63,777 nucleotides of DNA from Lama glama (GCA_028534125.1 CM052817.1:58344224-58408000); one strand, 5' to 3'; shown: positions 1-14,700, counted from the stretch's first letter. Numbers and translations are program-made. The notes: generated by a model from the letters alone, not told the origin.

Positions 1-346
1 TGTCCTGTATTTATGCTTTGTTTTTGTTTGTTTGTTTTTGTTTTTGTTTTTTAGATTCCACATATGAGCGATCTCATATGGTATTTTTCTTTCTCTTTCT
101 GGCTTACTTCACTTAGAATGACATTCTCCAGGAGCATCCATGTTGCTGCAAATGGCATTATGTTGTCAGTTTTTATGGCTGAGTAGTATTCCATTGTATA
201 AATATACCACCTCTTCTTTACCCAGTCATCTGTTGATGGACATTTAGGCTGTTTCCATGTTTTGGCTACTGTAAATAGTGCTGCTATGAACACTGGATTT
301 CCAGAAGAAAATCTACTTCAGGATGACACCTGCACCCCAATGTTCA
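1..346 (-). mobile_element. Young 5'-truncated LINE-1 (ORF2 C-terminus plus start of 3' UTR) with a short inverted 5' segment
   Basis: ORF 51-293(-) [41 protein letters not shown]... is the typical L1 ORF2p C-terminus. About 297-346 is the adjoining upstream L1 sequence in the opposite orientation. Confidence 0.92.
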
Positions 347-3300
347 CCACTTTTTCTACGTGCTAAGATTGACTTCCAGCAAATATTTAATGAAGGTGTA
401 CTATCAGCCCTAAGATTATGGTAGCAAACATGGACTATGTAGCATATGGCCTAATGGGCAAATTCTATTTTTAAATGATTGTTAAGGAAGAAGAAAAGCA
501 GTGTGCAGTGAAAGGATATAGCAGTTTTGGTGGCAAGAAAAGACTTCCTGAGAAAAACATATAAGTTTTTATATGAAGCATAATGAGTGTTCAGTGAGGT
601 GAGGGAAATGGTTTAGCAGATTGGGATTCTTAGAGGAAAGTGTGGCACACTGGAGAAATTCCAGGAAACCTAACATGCTTTGGCAAAGTAGGGAATAAAT
701 GACACTAAGTGAGTGACTTGAGTGAACCACATTCTCTCTCACCTATATGATCTTTCAAGTGCTGTTTTCTTATCCTGAAATGTTCTTTCCTTTTATTAAC
801 TATCAGTGTTCAGCTGCTAAAATAAGATCTAAAAAGCACTGATCTGTTTGAAGAGTCAATATGTGCTCAGGAAAAAATAAGTGTAATTCTCAGCAATGAT
901 GATAAGGGCTAAATAATATAAGACATTATGTTTAGGGGAAGAGATCTTTCTGTGGGCTGCAGTAGGTAGGACAGGCTTCAGGAGAGGTTGTACTTAAACT
1001 TATTTAAATAAAGTGCAATAAAGGCTCAGGTAAGGAGTCATTCTATGAGCAGGAATTAATAATAAAGAAGTAAATATGTACATATATCTGAAAATTAATA
1101 GAGGGCTAGACTGGCCTTTCAAAAGCAGAGATTACTTGTAAATTATATATACAATTTTTAATCCTGTTACTATTTTTCTTTTTCCTCATGTGTTTTTAAA
1201 TAGGCAAAATCAAAGTAAGACTTTGTTTTTGACTTTTGCTATAAAATAAAATAATAAATATATAACTATTTGAATAAATAGATAACTTGTTAACTTCAAA
1301 TATATGACCCTAATGGTATATATCAATAAAAATCTTCATAAAATATTGGTCAAAAATGATAATTCTATGAATTGGGACTCGATTTTCTGAATAACTCTGT
1401 GCTTCTATTTCTAACAGAATTGTTTTTAAGTTGTTCTGAACAATTTTCTCAATGAAAATGTCCAAAAAATTCTAGATAATTATTTTTAAAATATTTTAAA
1501 ATGTTTTTGTGGAATAAGATAATAATATATCTACAGAAAGCAAAAATAAACTTCAAGTGCAAATCTTTAAAAGTCAGTAATTGTCAAAATCAGTTTACTT
1601 TCTAACCAGACAGTAGGCAATTTGTAAATGTTAAGGGCCATATTTTGTCTAGCAGCCAAAGCTGTATTTATATTTTTTACTCTAGTTGTAACTAATATAA
1701 ACAATTTTCCTAGTTCAGTTGCTCTTCTTTGAGGATTTTTCTTCTCTAACACTGGAGAATTAGGACAAAAATTACTAAAGTTATTTAAGAAGATATTATT
1801 TTATTAAAAAAAGGAAACTTAGATATGTTCTAATCCAATAATCTTTATATACGAGGAAATTTAAATCCATGCATAAAGTGATTTACTTGGCATCGTTTAA
1901 CTTGTAAAAAAAATGGAACATAGAATTTGTGTTAATCTTTTGGATATATATTCTAATAACTAATGAATTTTACAAATTACAATATAAGTTAAAGCTTATT
2001 AAATGATCATGAATCTAGGTAATGTAATATAACACACTTTAATGACATCTTCTAAAAATCTGTGGTTGACTTTATCCAACAGCTATAGTCCAAAGCTATA
2101 GTGAGTATTTTTATGAAACATGATCAAATGCCCGGTGGAAAGGAGACAACAATTTGAACAAGAATTTTAAGTAAGGGTTTTTCTTTATCAGCTCTATGAT
2201 CTTAAAGGTATTTACACAAGATCGAATGTAGATCTGAAATCCCAAGTGTATTTTAAATTTAATTTTACTTATATTAAGTAATATGTATTTACATGTACTA
2301 ATTTTGAGCTTTGAGGCATGATGAGACTTTTGTTTTTCTAGAATAAAGCGAACTACACTCTTAATGATTAAAATGTAATTTTAATCAGCCCCATTTTGCA
2401 ATCTAGTTTTATTATAGCTACCAGGAACAGAAACTCATTTCTCTAAAAGACATACCTATAGTTCTGTTTTATTAGCCAGATTTTCAGTACTGACAGGTCC
2501 TGCCTGACACAGTTTGCAGATGTGATACCCGTAGGTTCTAAATCAAACAAGTGTTACAGATACATTTGCTAATCTAATTTTAATTTTTCCTTTCCATCTT
2601 TTATATTTTCAATACTCCTCTGGAGATGGATATATTTGCTAAGACTACAAAAGCGTTATCTTATTATGCAAAATGAAGTTATTTTATTAAGCAGAATTTC
2701 ACAGCTAAATCTGTCCTTTTTATTTCCCTCCTTCTACTTTACCATCTTTCTGTAACCCATATCTTTCTCTTCCTCCAGCAACAAAAAAGGAAATGCTTTG
2801 ATGCATGTAGTGAGTAACAGAATTATATTAAAAATATATATTTATTTTCAATATAGTAAAATATTAAGTAAATAATATGAAAGTCAGAATGTCAAAATTA
2901 TGTCTTAAATATAGTTCTCTGTTAATGGCAAAACAAGCTTGCAGCCAGAGAATGTACTCCTAGAAGAAATACTTTATGACATGTGTCTCACATGTATTTA
3001 CTTTAGGAGATGTCTCTGGTTTATCTGGTTTATCTAGAAACACATGGATGGTCTTACCATGGGCCTTTGAATTTATTCTCACACATTTGGTCATTTATTA
3101 GTAATAAGTGGAGCCTCTGATGCCTGCATAGGAATGCTGCACATCCTATGGTAGATCTTCTTTAGCTTAGTATTTGCAAAATTAGACAGATGCTGAATAT
3201 GATTTAAATCTTTCTCCTAATACAAAGCTATCAGGAGGCTACCTATCTCATGAAAATTTGGGAATTAATAACAAAAAGCATGCATTTAAGTTTCTGTGGT

Positions 3301-4109
3301 TATTAAAGAATAAAAAAACTGTGAATAAATATATTTAGGAAAATTTACATAGCAGTGAAATTGTGTGCATAAGGTGAATCAAATTGAACTCTGTTTTATT
3401 TTGTTGTTAAGTCAGTGTTTTATTTTGTGCATTATAAATAAATAGGGTTTAATGAATAGCTTTTTAAAACATGCTCAGAGACTGTGGTAGAGAAATGCAT
3501 ATACTCTGTTCCCATAAGGATGGTATGATTTTGTTTAGAACAGAAATGGTTGAGTGAGTGAATGTGTGTGTGTCTTGGTGGGGGGAGAGAAGGGAAAGGA
3601 TGGCAGGAGAGGGAAGAGAGAGATAGGATTAAGCAATGGATAAATGAATGCATGAATTTGTTATAAAATATGATTAAAAGGTTAATCTTTATACAAATAT
3701 TATTGTTATAAAAATATTAAGATACAATTCAATGATCCATGAGAATGTTTGAGTGGAAATCCCTGAGAATAATTATAGATTATGAGGCATTTCAAGTATA
3801 TTATATGAAAAAATCCATCTATAACTGTGTATGCTTCTCTTTAATCATACTGTGTTTGTTACAAAGAAAATTTCATTTATACAGAGATTTGCTAGAGTAT
3901 TAACTTTCTTGTCAGATTGTTTTTGGATGAAGAAAAATAATGTCCTCATTTTCATTTACTAAATTGCTCTAGAAAAATAAAAGTCATATTGAAAATATAG
4001 CAAGTGGAATAGAATAAATTAACACACAGAATTAAGTTGATAGCAAATTCTTGTTTTCTTTAATAGGAAATAAATATTTATTTATTAAAAATTATCATTT
4101 GCTCCAAAT

Positions 4110-5350
4110 AAGTTATATAAATACTTTGCCCTAAAGGAGGGGAGCATAACTTCCCACCCCATAAGTATAGCCTACACATAATGAGTTCTTTTCAAGGAGT
4201 GCAGTGAAGGGTGAAAAAAACCCCACAATACTATTATAGTATAGAAAACTGACAAACACTGTACAGTTGATATGATGTGATATGTTGTCATGAAAATATT
4301 CAGAGAGAGAATCAGAGTCCACAGGTAAAGGGCTCTGTCCCACAAGACTGCCTTCCACTTTAGAATCCAATCACAAGCCCAGGTTACCTGTGCTTCTGAT
4401 AAAAAGGCTGCAGACTGGAGGTTCCAAGGAATCTTTTGACTCAGGATGCGAGTTCCAAGTCCAGGTTGTTTTCTGTACTTCTTACCAACTGAGTATAAGT
4501 CAGAGGTTCCCATGACCCCCTGCTTGGGTTTGATTAATTTGTTAGAACAGCTCACAGAAAGCTGTTGATTCACCAGAGTATCAGTATATTACCAAAGATA
4601 TTAAAGGATATGAATCAGCAACCAGATGAAGAGATTCATAGGGCAAGGTTCTGAACAAAGGATCTTCTGCTCTGGTGAAGCTTGGGCCCCGGCATGGGGG
4701 CACGTAGAAGCACTCTGGTTCCCCAACCTGGAAGCTCTCTGAACCCTGCCTTTTTGGGTTTTTGTAGAGGCTTCACTACATAGGAATGATTGAATCATTA
4801 GCTATTGGCTGTTGATTCAACCTCCAAACCTTCTCCCCTCTGCAGAGATCAGAGAGATGGGACTGAAAATTCTAACCCTTGAAGCACATGGTTGTTTCCT
4901 CTGGTTAGCAGGGCCTATCAGGTGATTTAGAGGCATCCCAAAGTCACCTCATTAACATAACAAAAGACAACTTGATCACTCTCCTCACTTAAGAAATTCC
5001 CAGGGTTTTAGGAGCTCTGTGCCAGAAATGGAGACAAAGACTAAATACATATTTCTTATTGTAAATCATAGTATCACAGGAGACATGACAATTAAATGTC
5101 ATGTAGTATCCTGAAACAGAAAAAGAGCATTAGGTGAAAACTAAAGAAATCTGAATAAACTTTAGTTGATATAGTATCCTTGAGTTGATAATAACGTATT
5201 AATTAGTTCATTAATTGTAACAGATGTACTGTACTGCTATAACATGTTAATAATAGGGTGACTTGTATGTGTGTGGGGGGGAAATAGAGCAACTCTGCTT
5301 ATTTTTCTGTAAATGTAAAACTGTTCCAAAAATAAAGTCTGTTAATGAAA
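4110..5350 (+). mobile_element. Old L1 3' UTR (L1MC3-like), in two pieces (about 4110-4295 and 5079-5350) split by an LTR
   Basis: aaggagggggagcataacttcccacccc... and ggagacatgacaattaaatgtcatgtagtatcctg...aaaactgttccaaaaataaag resemble L1MC 3' end consensus. Confidence 0.7.
4305..5078 (-). mobile_element. MER21-like ERVL-class LTR
   Basis: Minus strand begins TGTGATACTATGATTTACAATAAGAAATATGTATTTAGTC...GGCACAGAGCTCCTAAAACCC, like the MER21 5' end. Also carries gaggttcccatgacccc and ttaatttgttagaacagctcacagaa motifs. Confidence 0.75.
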
Positions 5351-8300
5351 AGAAAATAATACTGTTTTAAAAAATTGTTTAATATTCACTTTCAGAGGCA
5401 TTAGGCTCAAAAATAAAATATCGATGGAGAAAAGATGTCCCCCACATTGCTGTTGAGGGCATCCTTATGTTATTATAAGGACCCAGGATCATTGGTTCAT
5501 ATGAAATGCTGTTTTGATGACACAAATCTGTTGATAATCCATCAGAAGAAAGGCATTTGAATTAGTAAACTACATGTGTAAAATGTGAGAAGTTTTCCCA
5601 TGTAATCTTTATAATCATAGATAATATGAGATATAAGGGATTTTTACATTTCAGGAAAATATGCTGCTATTATTATAGCCTATTTATTTTAGTCCCAAGA
5701 ATTAAAAAAAAACCAGTATTTATGAAGAGGGTTTGAATTAACACGTGGGATTTGGAAAATACTATCAGAAAACTATGTGCAAATTGTCAAACTGCTCTTA
5801 GTAACTTGATGTGAGGGAAATGAATTATTATATTTTAAGGGATAGAAGCAGATAAAGACTTTATTATTCCAATAGTACAAAACAACAATATATTTATCAT
5901 ATTGATAGAGACTTTGTGGCTTGTCAAAATTTAAGCACCAACATCATCTTTATGTTTGGCAGATCTGTGATTTTTAATTCTTTAGTTGGAATGAAGATAG
6001 TAAGGGTCAGAGTAAATAAACTTCATTATTGTACAATTATTGTTTTATATTTCACTTCATTTGACAGTATATGTTTAGCAAAGATCTGTACTGTCTCAAG
6101 TTTAATTTTTATATAGGATAAGAGAGTGAATCAATCATTAAATGAAAACCAAAAAACATTCTGTGAAAACATAAAGAAGAAATAATCAGTTCTAATGTCC
6201 AGGGATGGGAAGGATCAGGGACATTCCAGTCTTTATGGAACAACTCTTGGAAATCAACTGGGAATTCCACGAGAAAAGAAGATGGATGAATGAATGCAGC
6301 AGATACCTTTCAAACAGTCCAAGTCCTGGATACATTTTAGGAAAAATTTAAATACTCATAGTAGTTGTCATTTAATTATACTTTCTATCTGGTACATTTT
6401 CAAAGAAGGTTTCAACTGGCATTTTCTTCTTTGTGTAAATGAATGGGATTACAGTTACAATTTGGACTTACTTGATACATTAAATGAATTTGTGATAAAT
6501 TGTGAAAATGAATATTTACATATCAAGTTACCTCTAACATTTGAATTTCTATTTCAGATGTATTCTCACTAGGGAAAAACATGATCCTAACCATACAAAA
6601 AAGATGAAAAATGTAAAAAGAAGGTAAAAATCACTTGTGACAATGTCAAAATGTATTTTCAAGGAGATTTCTGCCTTTGTGAGTATAGAGTATGTATGCA
6701 TTTAAATCTTCAGTACAAACTCAGTGAAATTCATCAAAAAGGAAATCAATCCACATTATCTTAGTACTCTTAAAGGCATATGTAAATGAAAATACATCAC
6801 ATAGCTAATTCCAGCTTTATTGACAGTTCTTACTGACTCTCAGGGATTTGAATGTTTAAATATTTTAACAGGCACACTGGTTAGTGTTTCAGGAATGTCA
6901 CTGCTTTAGAAGCAAAGTAAAATTCACCAGCTGTGAACACCATGCAGCAAACTTTTTTTTCAAGATTTTTTTTTCTTACAATGAAGTATGTTGTTCCTAT
7001 ATTTAAGTATTTGCAACCTGCTTTTCCCCACAAGGGATTTAACTGATTCTATAATAAATGTGGGTGTGGTGTGTGTTTAATTACTGATGAATGAATAACA
7101 AGGTGATCTTTGGTACCTGACACTTTGGCTTTAGAGAACTTCATTAGGAAACCCTTTGCAGTGTTTCCTGAGTAGTGAAAGATTTGAAGATATTTTTAAT
7201 ACTCCTGTGATAATGAAAACAAGTTTCACTAATAGCAGAAATTCAAGTAAGCATTAAAAAATATTAGAAATGGAAATAATGTTTTTCGTGCTTTATTACA
7301 TGAATAAATCTAAACTTATGCTAAGTAAAAGTGATTGAGGAGAAGATGATCTCTTTTGTAGAAGAAAAAATCAAGAAGAAAACTTGAGAGTACATTATAA
7401 GTGGAAATAATAAAATAGAACTCGTGGAGTTTTTTTAATTTTAAGGAAATACGTTTATGGACTTTTTACATTATCTCTGTAATGCTGACTTAAAGAAAGG
7501 AGGATTTCCTAAATCCTCACATTTCAATAGTTTAAATTTCCCAGGAGGGAGTAAGAGATGGAAAATTGGTATAAAAATTGTGAAATTGAGGAAGAGAATC
7601 CTTGGAGCTGATTTTTTCTCAGGTTAAACACCAATTTTTAAAAAAGACAAAACTGATGGCTTGTTTTTAATTTCACTGAAGGTTCAGTTTACAGAGATAA
7701 ATGATTTATGTTTCTTTTTAGATCTTTACTTAGCCTGAAGGAAGTAATGATTTTCTAGAAATTACATGCTTTATTATCTAAATCCACTCAAGTATCTAAC
7801 TCTACTCTCCAGTGAAATAAATGTATAAATAGAGGAAGAAATAGGAAACAGTCATAAGAATCTAACTGTCTAAATGAATAGCTGTGAGCTGTGGGAGTGT
7901 AAGAGTCCTGGGCAGAGCACTCTGTGCCTAAAGGACAAGAGCGCAACTGGAAACCACAGCTGTCCAGTAGTGTCCTCTCTACCAATGTTAGTGTGCCATT
8001 TGATGTAATTTATAAACGCAAACAAATAGATAACACCCCGAAACTCTTCCTTTTAGGAAACTGTCAAGTTAACTTGACTGTGCTTATATGTAGCCAAATG
8101 TGATGACAGGACCATAAATTAAGGGTGATGACTAAAAGCACTGTCACTACAACATAGACATCTACTCCTAATAGCTCAGTCTGGGAAGAAAAGTAAGAAA
8201 AAGTAAAAAATGATTTATTTATTTTAAATCTCAGCTGTTAGTGAACTTAAAGTTATATTGTACTGACTAACTCTGTAAAAGAATTAGTATAGTGACAAAG

Positions 8301-8528
8301 AATGAATAACGTAAAAGCCACATGATTCATCTTTAAAATGTGTTCTATAAATTTCTAGGAAAACTCCACCAGGGCCTCACTTTGATAGGAATAGTACACA
8401 GGAGGGTCCAAGTGTGGGAAAAGTCTCCCATCACTGATAGCTCAGAAGATGATAAAATAATGAAATCCCATGTTTATTTCCTACTCAGTTTATTTTTTTT
8501 TTAAATCTCTTCATGGCTTTTTTTATCC

Positions 8529-8638
8529 TTTTTTTAATTGAAATATATTCTACTTACAATGTTGCATTAAATTCTGATATATAGCATAGTGATTCACTTC
8601 TACATATATATGTGTATATATATGTGTGTGTGTGTGTG

Positions 8639-8687
<49 letters not shown>

Positions 8688-8976
8688 TCCTTTTCATATT
8701 CTTTTTTCATTATAGGCCATTACAAGGTGTTGAATATAGTTCCCTGTGCTATACAGTAGGACCTCATTGTTTTATCTGTTTTATGTATAGTAGTTAGTGT
8801 CTATGAATCCTGAGCTCCTAATTCATCCCTTCCCACCTCTTTTCCCCTCTGGTAACTGTAAGTTTGTTTTTTATGTCTGTCAGTCTGTCTCTGCTTTGTA
8901 AATAAGTTCATTTGTGTCTTTTTTTCCTTTTTTATAATAGGTTCCATGTATAAGTGATATCATATGGTATTTTTCC
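8529..8976 (-). mobile_element. Artiodactyl/camelid L1 3' end, 5'-truncated
   Basis: Poly-T, then ttaattgaaatata...ttgaatatagttccctgtgctatacagtaggacc...aagtgatatcatatggtattt. Confidence 0.85.
8601..8687. repeat. Compound (TA)n/(TG)n microsatellite inside the L1 3' UTR
   Basis: Uninterrupted purine-pyrimidine alternation over about 87 bp. Confidence 0.95.
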
Positions 8977-10079
8977 TACTCACTGTTTTTCACAAGATTT
9001 AAGTTTCTAAAATCCTATGAATCTAGCAGGAATTAGATGGAGATGGAAATTTAGAAATCTTTCTTTCTGTACCAAGAGAATGTGTAAGAAAGAAAATAAT
9101 AGTGGTTTGGTTACATTTATGAGTGTAACACTCATGGTGACTTAGTCTTCACTGATCTTCCAAGTTAGTGTCATCCAATACTCCTGGGTTAGTAGTTACC
9201 CCGTCTCAGCACTTATGATCTAATTGAAATAAACAACATTTGCTTTTGCCTCCAGGGTAACTTTAATAAATCAGTGGTAAATGTATATGGCTAACAAGGA
9301 TACTTCCCCTCTCTAGTAAAATCTGAATTTTTTAAAGTCCTTCCACTAGCTTCTGACAGCTGAGTCTAGATGCCTTCCCATTTGAGCCTTTTCAGCACTA
9401 GGACATGCCTGTAGCCACCAAGCTGTCACGTCCCTGGGTGCATCCTGGTCTCCAGTGATTGTGCTGTGTGCCAACTCTCCTTTCTCATTCTGAAATCCCC
9501 ACATCCTCCCACAGGTTTGGCAATCACAGATATAACTAGAGAATAAATGTGTTCTGGCACATAATAGGTCCTGAAAATGATGTTTGAAAAGAATGAATGA
9601 TTACAATTTGAATTATTACATGGTAGAGTAACTATTTAATGTCTGAGGTATTAGACTTTTAAAATAATGGCATTGTATTTATGGTAATAATCTTCTTATT
9701 AAATTAAGTCTGAATCAGAGAAAATTATAAAGAAAATTTACCTTTTTAGGTTTAAAAAAATGAGAGAAGGGCTTAACTTTTGTCATGCAGAAACACCTAT
9801 GGGTTTTCTGTCTGAGATTAATCACTCACATTCTGAAATCAGCCACGCCTCTTTTTTGAACCCTAGTACTGACACTAACTCTGTGAACTTAACTAGATAT
9901 TTAATCACACTGTAATTTTTTTCTTCCCAGTGAAGTGAGAGCATAATACATCTGTAAATCATAAGATATATCTAAGGATTTTGTTAAACAAAAATATTGA
10001 GTATTAAAATACTAAGCTTTCAATAAATATGAGTTATTTTTCCTTCCTCCTTAAATTCATTTGATTTCCAGGAAACTAA

Positions 10080-10560
10080 CTTTCTCTTTTTCTGTCTACC
10101 TCAAAGTCTCCTTTGTGGGGTACTTCTCATCTTCATATTATTTAAATATTTGGCGTGTTTTTTGGTCTCAGTTCCTCGACTTTTAAACAATTCTGCTTAT
10201 ACCTCTACCTATAATTATTTCATTCAATCTAATAGCTTTAAGTGTTGGTTAATGCACAAAACTCCCAGCTTTCTATCTCCAGCAATAAATCTCTCCTGTA
10301 CACCAGACAGCATATGTTAACTATTTATTTGAGATCTTCACTTGGATGTCTGTTAGGCCCCTGAAATATGTCCTAAACCAAACTCCTGCTTTTCACTCCT
10401 TAGCTCCCCCAAGTTTGTTCTTCTCAGTTGTATTCATGTAAGCAACTGTTAAGTTTGCACTTCAGTTGTTAAGGGCTGTTAAAAACTTGGGAGCCCCCTT
10501 CTTCCTCTCTCTCCCTCTCGCTTGTGTCTGACAAGAAATCCCTTGATAAATTCCACGGGC
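10080..10560 (+). mobile_element. L2 LINE fragment
   Basis: ctcccagctttctatctccagc...atcttcacttggatgtct...ctaaaccaaactcctg, typical of L2 ORF2/3' region. Confidence 0.7.
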
Positions 10561-10631
10561 TCTGGCAATAAGGATGAAATTAATCATTGACTCATCTACC
10601 AAGGAGATGGAATTATTATTACTTCTTAGAC

Positions 10632-10735
10632 CTATAGTTCTTAAAGTATGGTCAGTACTCTTGAAGGTCCCCCAAGATCCTTTCTGGGGATTCATGATGT
10701 CAAAACTATTATCATAATAATACCAATGCATTAAA
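10632..10735. mobile_element. hAT-Charlie DNA transposon terminal fragment
   Basis: atagttcttaaagtatggtc...gatgtcaaaactattatcataataatac resembles a Charlie-family end (cagtggttctcaaagtgtggtc...). Confidence 0.55.
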
Positions 10736-11107
10736 AATTTTAATGCTTTCCTATCTATAGCATAATAACAGCAATAGTACTAAACCTTAGCTTAGTGTCT
10801 CACACACAGTTTACACACTAAATGTTATTGAATAATTTATTAAAATATTATTGAATATTTTAAGTCTGTTGAAAGAAATCAATGGACTACACATCCAGTT
10901 AGGTGGACTGATATCCAGAGCCAGTTTCCTCATAATAATGCTATAGTCTCAAAAATAAATTACAATAACTTTTGGAGAAATTTGCTTAATGTCAGTCTTT
11001 TGATAGTTTTTAATCTTTTATTCTTATAATGTCTTAATTTGCACTCTTTTGCCCCAAAAATTCACTCTAATTTCATAAGAGGGAATAGATAATGGAATTA
11101 AAAAAAA

Positions 11108-11712
11108 TTTTTTTTTAAATTGAAGTATAGTCATGTACAATGTACCGATTTCTGGTATATAGCATAATGTCCCAGTCATGCATATATACATATATTCATT
11201 TTCATATTTTTTATTAAGGGTTATAACAAAATATTGAATGTAGTTCCCTGTGCTATACAGAAGAAACCTGTTTTTATCTATTTTTGTATATAGTGGTTAT
11301 CACTTGCAAATCTCAACCCCCGAAATTTATCCCTTCCTATACCCTTTACTCCAGTAACCATAAGATTGTTTACTAAGTCTGTGAGTCTGTTTCTGATTTG
11401 TAGTTGAGTTCATTAATTAGTGTCCTCTTTTTTTTTTCTTTTTTCTTTCTTTCCTATCTATTCTTTCTTTCTTTCTTAATTTTTCCTGTCTCTTTCTGGG
11501 TTACTTCACTTAGAACGACGATCTCCAGGTCCCTCCATGTTGCTGCAAATGGTATTATTTTATTCTTTTTCATTGTTGAGTGGTATTCCATTGTATAAAT
11601 ATACCACAACTTCTTTATCCAGTTATCTGTCAATGGCCATTTATGTTGTTTCCCTGTCTTGGCTACTATACAGTGCTGCTGTGAACTTTGGGGTGCATGT
11701 ATCTTTTTGAAT
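11108..11712 (-). mobile_element. Camelid-type L1 3' UTR plus ORF2 C-terminal remnant
   Basis: Poly-T, aaattgaagtatagtc..., then cttcacttagaacgacgatctccagg...catgttgctgcaaatgg...ggggtgcatgtatctttttgaatt; homologous to the L1 at 1-293. Confidence 0.9.
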
Positions 11713-14700
11713 TTGAAATGAAAGATTGCTCATAATTTTGATTCTCTAGATGTATAATGGCAAATTGTATGTCATGAAGATTAGATAAAATTATAGGCCA
11801 ACAGTTGTATATGAGGAAACTATCTTACATTATCCTGTTTAGGATTGTTGCCATTTTTAAGTTTTTGGTTTTTAGATAGTTAAAAATTTTTAAATTATTT
11901 GAATTTACAACTTAATTCACAACTATGGTTGAATCAGTTTTTTTGTTTCTATTTCTCTGTTTCCCTTTTGAATTTTATTTATCTTTTGTGTCTGTCAGGT
12001 TGTACTTATCCAGAATCTTAGTTTGTCTCTAGTGATGTCAGATCATGCACAAAGTTTTCCCATTCCTTTCTCTTCTTCATTTTTATTTTGTTCTTAGAGA
12101 TTAAGCAAAAATAAATTTAACATTTGATTTTTACATGAAAACAATATTGCAAATAGTTAAACAAGACAATAGTAGAACAATCTACTACTAGCTTCTACTA
12201 GGTAAATTATTCTACCTTTCTCATTTTTAGGCAACCTGAATTTTTAACCCTTTCCTATCTGTAGGTATTCTTAGACACTGAGAAATGATGCCATGAGTGT
12301 CTCACTAGGACATAAAATTCCGAAGTCTTTAGAATGTGCTGTGGCCACATTAGAAACAACAGTGACTAACACCCAACAAAATGCAAGACGTTCAAAAGAT
12401 AACATTTGACTTTAGTTTTAAAGGATAAGAAGGAGTTTGTCAGGCTGAAAAAGAAAGGAAGCAACACATAAAAGACAGGAGACTGGTTTGGGTAAAGGAG
12501 CAGGAACATGGAAGAGCAGAGGGTATTTGGGGTGCAGCACATCAGCTTGTGTGATGTGGGAGGAGGATGGAAGATGAGCCTGTTAAACTAATGGCATGTG
12601 ATATGAGGAAGTGTATTTTAGACCAGGGAGGTTAGGCTTTATTTTGTGAGTGTTTGAGATTTGGTTAAGGTTTATGACCAAAGTTATGGCTTGAAGGCGT
12701 TCATGTAATTTTAGCAGTCCACCAAGTTTTCTTATTCACTGAATCCTCCCAACTCTTGCCTCTCTCCTTTATTCTTATTTTCTTATTAGACACAGGGTGG
12801 TTAGTGTTGGTTTCTAGGTGAATGGTACCTTAATAGTCCTGTGTCGGCTTCATGAGCTCTCTCATTCTTTCCTCTTCTTCATTTTCATTATGTTCTTTTA
12901 ATGTAAGCAAAAGTAATTTTTGATCTTTGAATCTAATATGAAGACAGCATGAAAATTCTCTAAACAAGCAAATAGTACTCTAGCTTTCTTAGCTTCACTA
13001 ACTGAAGTTTCATCAATATAAGGAGATGAGGAAGATAGCAAATTTATATTTGTGAAAAACAAGGCCAAATTTACTAATATTTCAGTCTGACAACTTTCTG
13101 TTGACTTTTATAAGCGTCTGTTCATTTAATAGTGATAACTTAAATGCAGATTTGAAAAATATATCTCGTAATCTAATATTGATATTAAGCCAGTCAATTC
13201 GAAATTAGTTTACTTCTTAGAAAAATTAAAATATAAGATAGAGGAACAAGAGTCAAGTTCCTCCAAGCCAAAGCTTTATTTCTGGAGGGATCCATCTCTT
13301 AAAATTTAGATCCTGCAATTATTGTTTATTGAGGAAGAAACTAACCCAGTAAACACCAATCTAGTAATTCTTCTGTTGACAAATTGTGTGGATGTTTGTC
13401 TCTTAAATAAAAGCGTAAGGGGACAATGGGATTGCAGTGTTCTTCTAATTTACCACTAGGCCAGTAAAAATTGTTCCTTTGGCTTGTAAATAAGTCTGCA
13501 TCTCTGTAAGAGGGTGGGAAACATTAAATGATGGCAAGTTAACAGTACTTTATTTGTGCTGATTTATGGATATCATTAACATGGCAATATTTTATGATAT
13601 TAATTCTTTTTCACTTAAGCTGTATAATATATGGCTGCCTCAGATAATGACACTTAAAATTTCAGTCAAAATTAAATTTTACTCCTGGGGATTGAATTGT
13701 AGAGAGTTTGCATATTTAAAATATTCCTTGTGATGTCTGCTTTAAAAGAGCATAGATTTTTGTTTTCAATCTACATATATTAGATAAGCTGTTAAATTGT
13801 TTAGAAACTGTAAAACTATTTGCGTAAAAGAGCTATTTTAATATTTATTACTTTGTTCAGTATAAGTACACTTTACAGTTTAAATAGATTATAATGTTCC
13901 CAATTTATGTCAAACTAGAAAAATTTCAATACCTAAAATCATAGATTAACAGAAATTTATATTTTTATTTACATCTAGGATATACTTGGCAGAGAACAAA
14001 ACTGAATTCAGATAAGGTTCATAACAAGACAACGTATAGCAATCCTTACAAATGGGATTGTGTTTTTACTTTTGTATGCAGACACAATCAGTCATATTAA
14101 GGGAGGATGCCATACCTTGATTAATGGCATTATTGATCATAAATAAATGAAAATGTCCTTTTCTGGAACTTAATTTGGGTTACCTTTTAAGAAAATCCAA
14201 CAGAAAAAAATCCAAATAATATAATGATACTTATAAATTTGTTACTGTGAATCTTCAGCAGAAAACTATGGGTTAAGCTAGAAAATATAATTATACTCAG
14301 CTTAGCAATGATGTGACTCTTGCGAGTGCAAAGCACATTAGGCACATTTTTGAATACCATTTGTATTTCAGAACGAAAAACTGAGCTGAGAATAAAAGCT
14401 TAACAGCAAGAAGGGAATTAAAAATCATCTAATTTTTAGTCTTCACTGCATTAGATCAAAATAACTGAGACCTAAAGTAACATAAATAGATAAAATCAGA
14501 TCTATTTATAAGAATCAACTTTTCTGACTGTAAGTCTAGTATTTTTATAACCATAAAATTGATTCATCTGACATAGTGCCATATATATAATCATGTAATA
14601 GTAAATGTATAATAGAATTATGCATATATATATATTATCCATTAGCAATATACATACTAGCATGTAATATTATGTTAGCTTTTATAATCAAGGGAAATGT

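Noticed and set aside
51..293. 80-aa ORF as a gene
   Set aside because: C-terminal remnant of L1 ORF2 in a truncated element.
4131..4798. ORFs of 65-133 aa
   Set aside because: Chance frames within a MER21-like LTR and L1 3' UTR.
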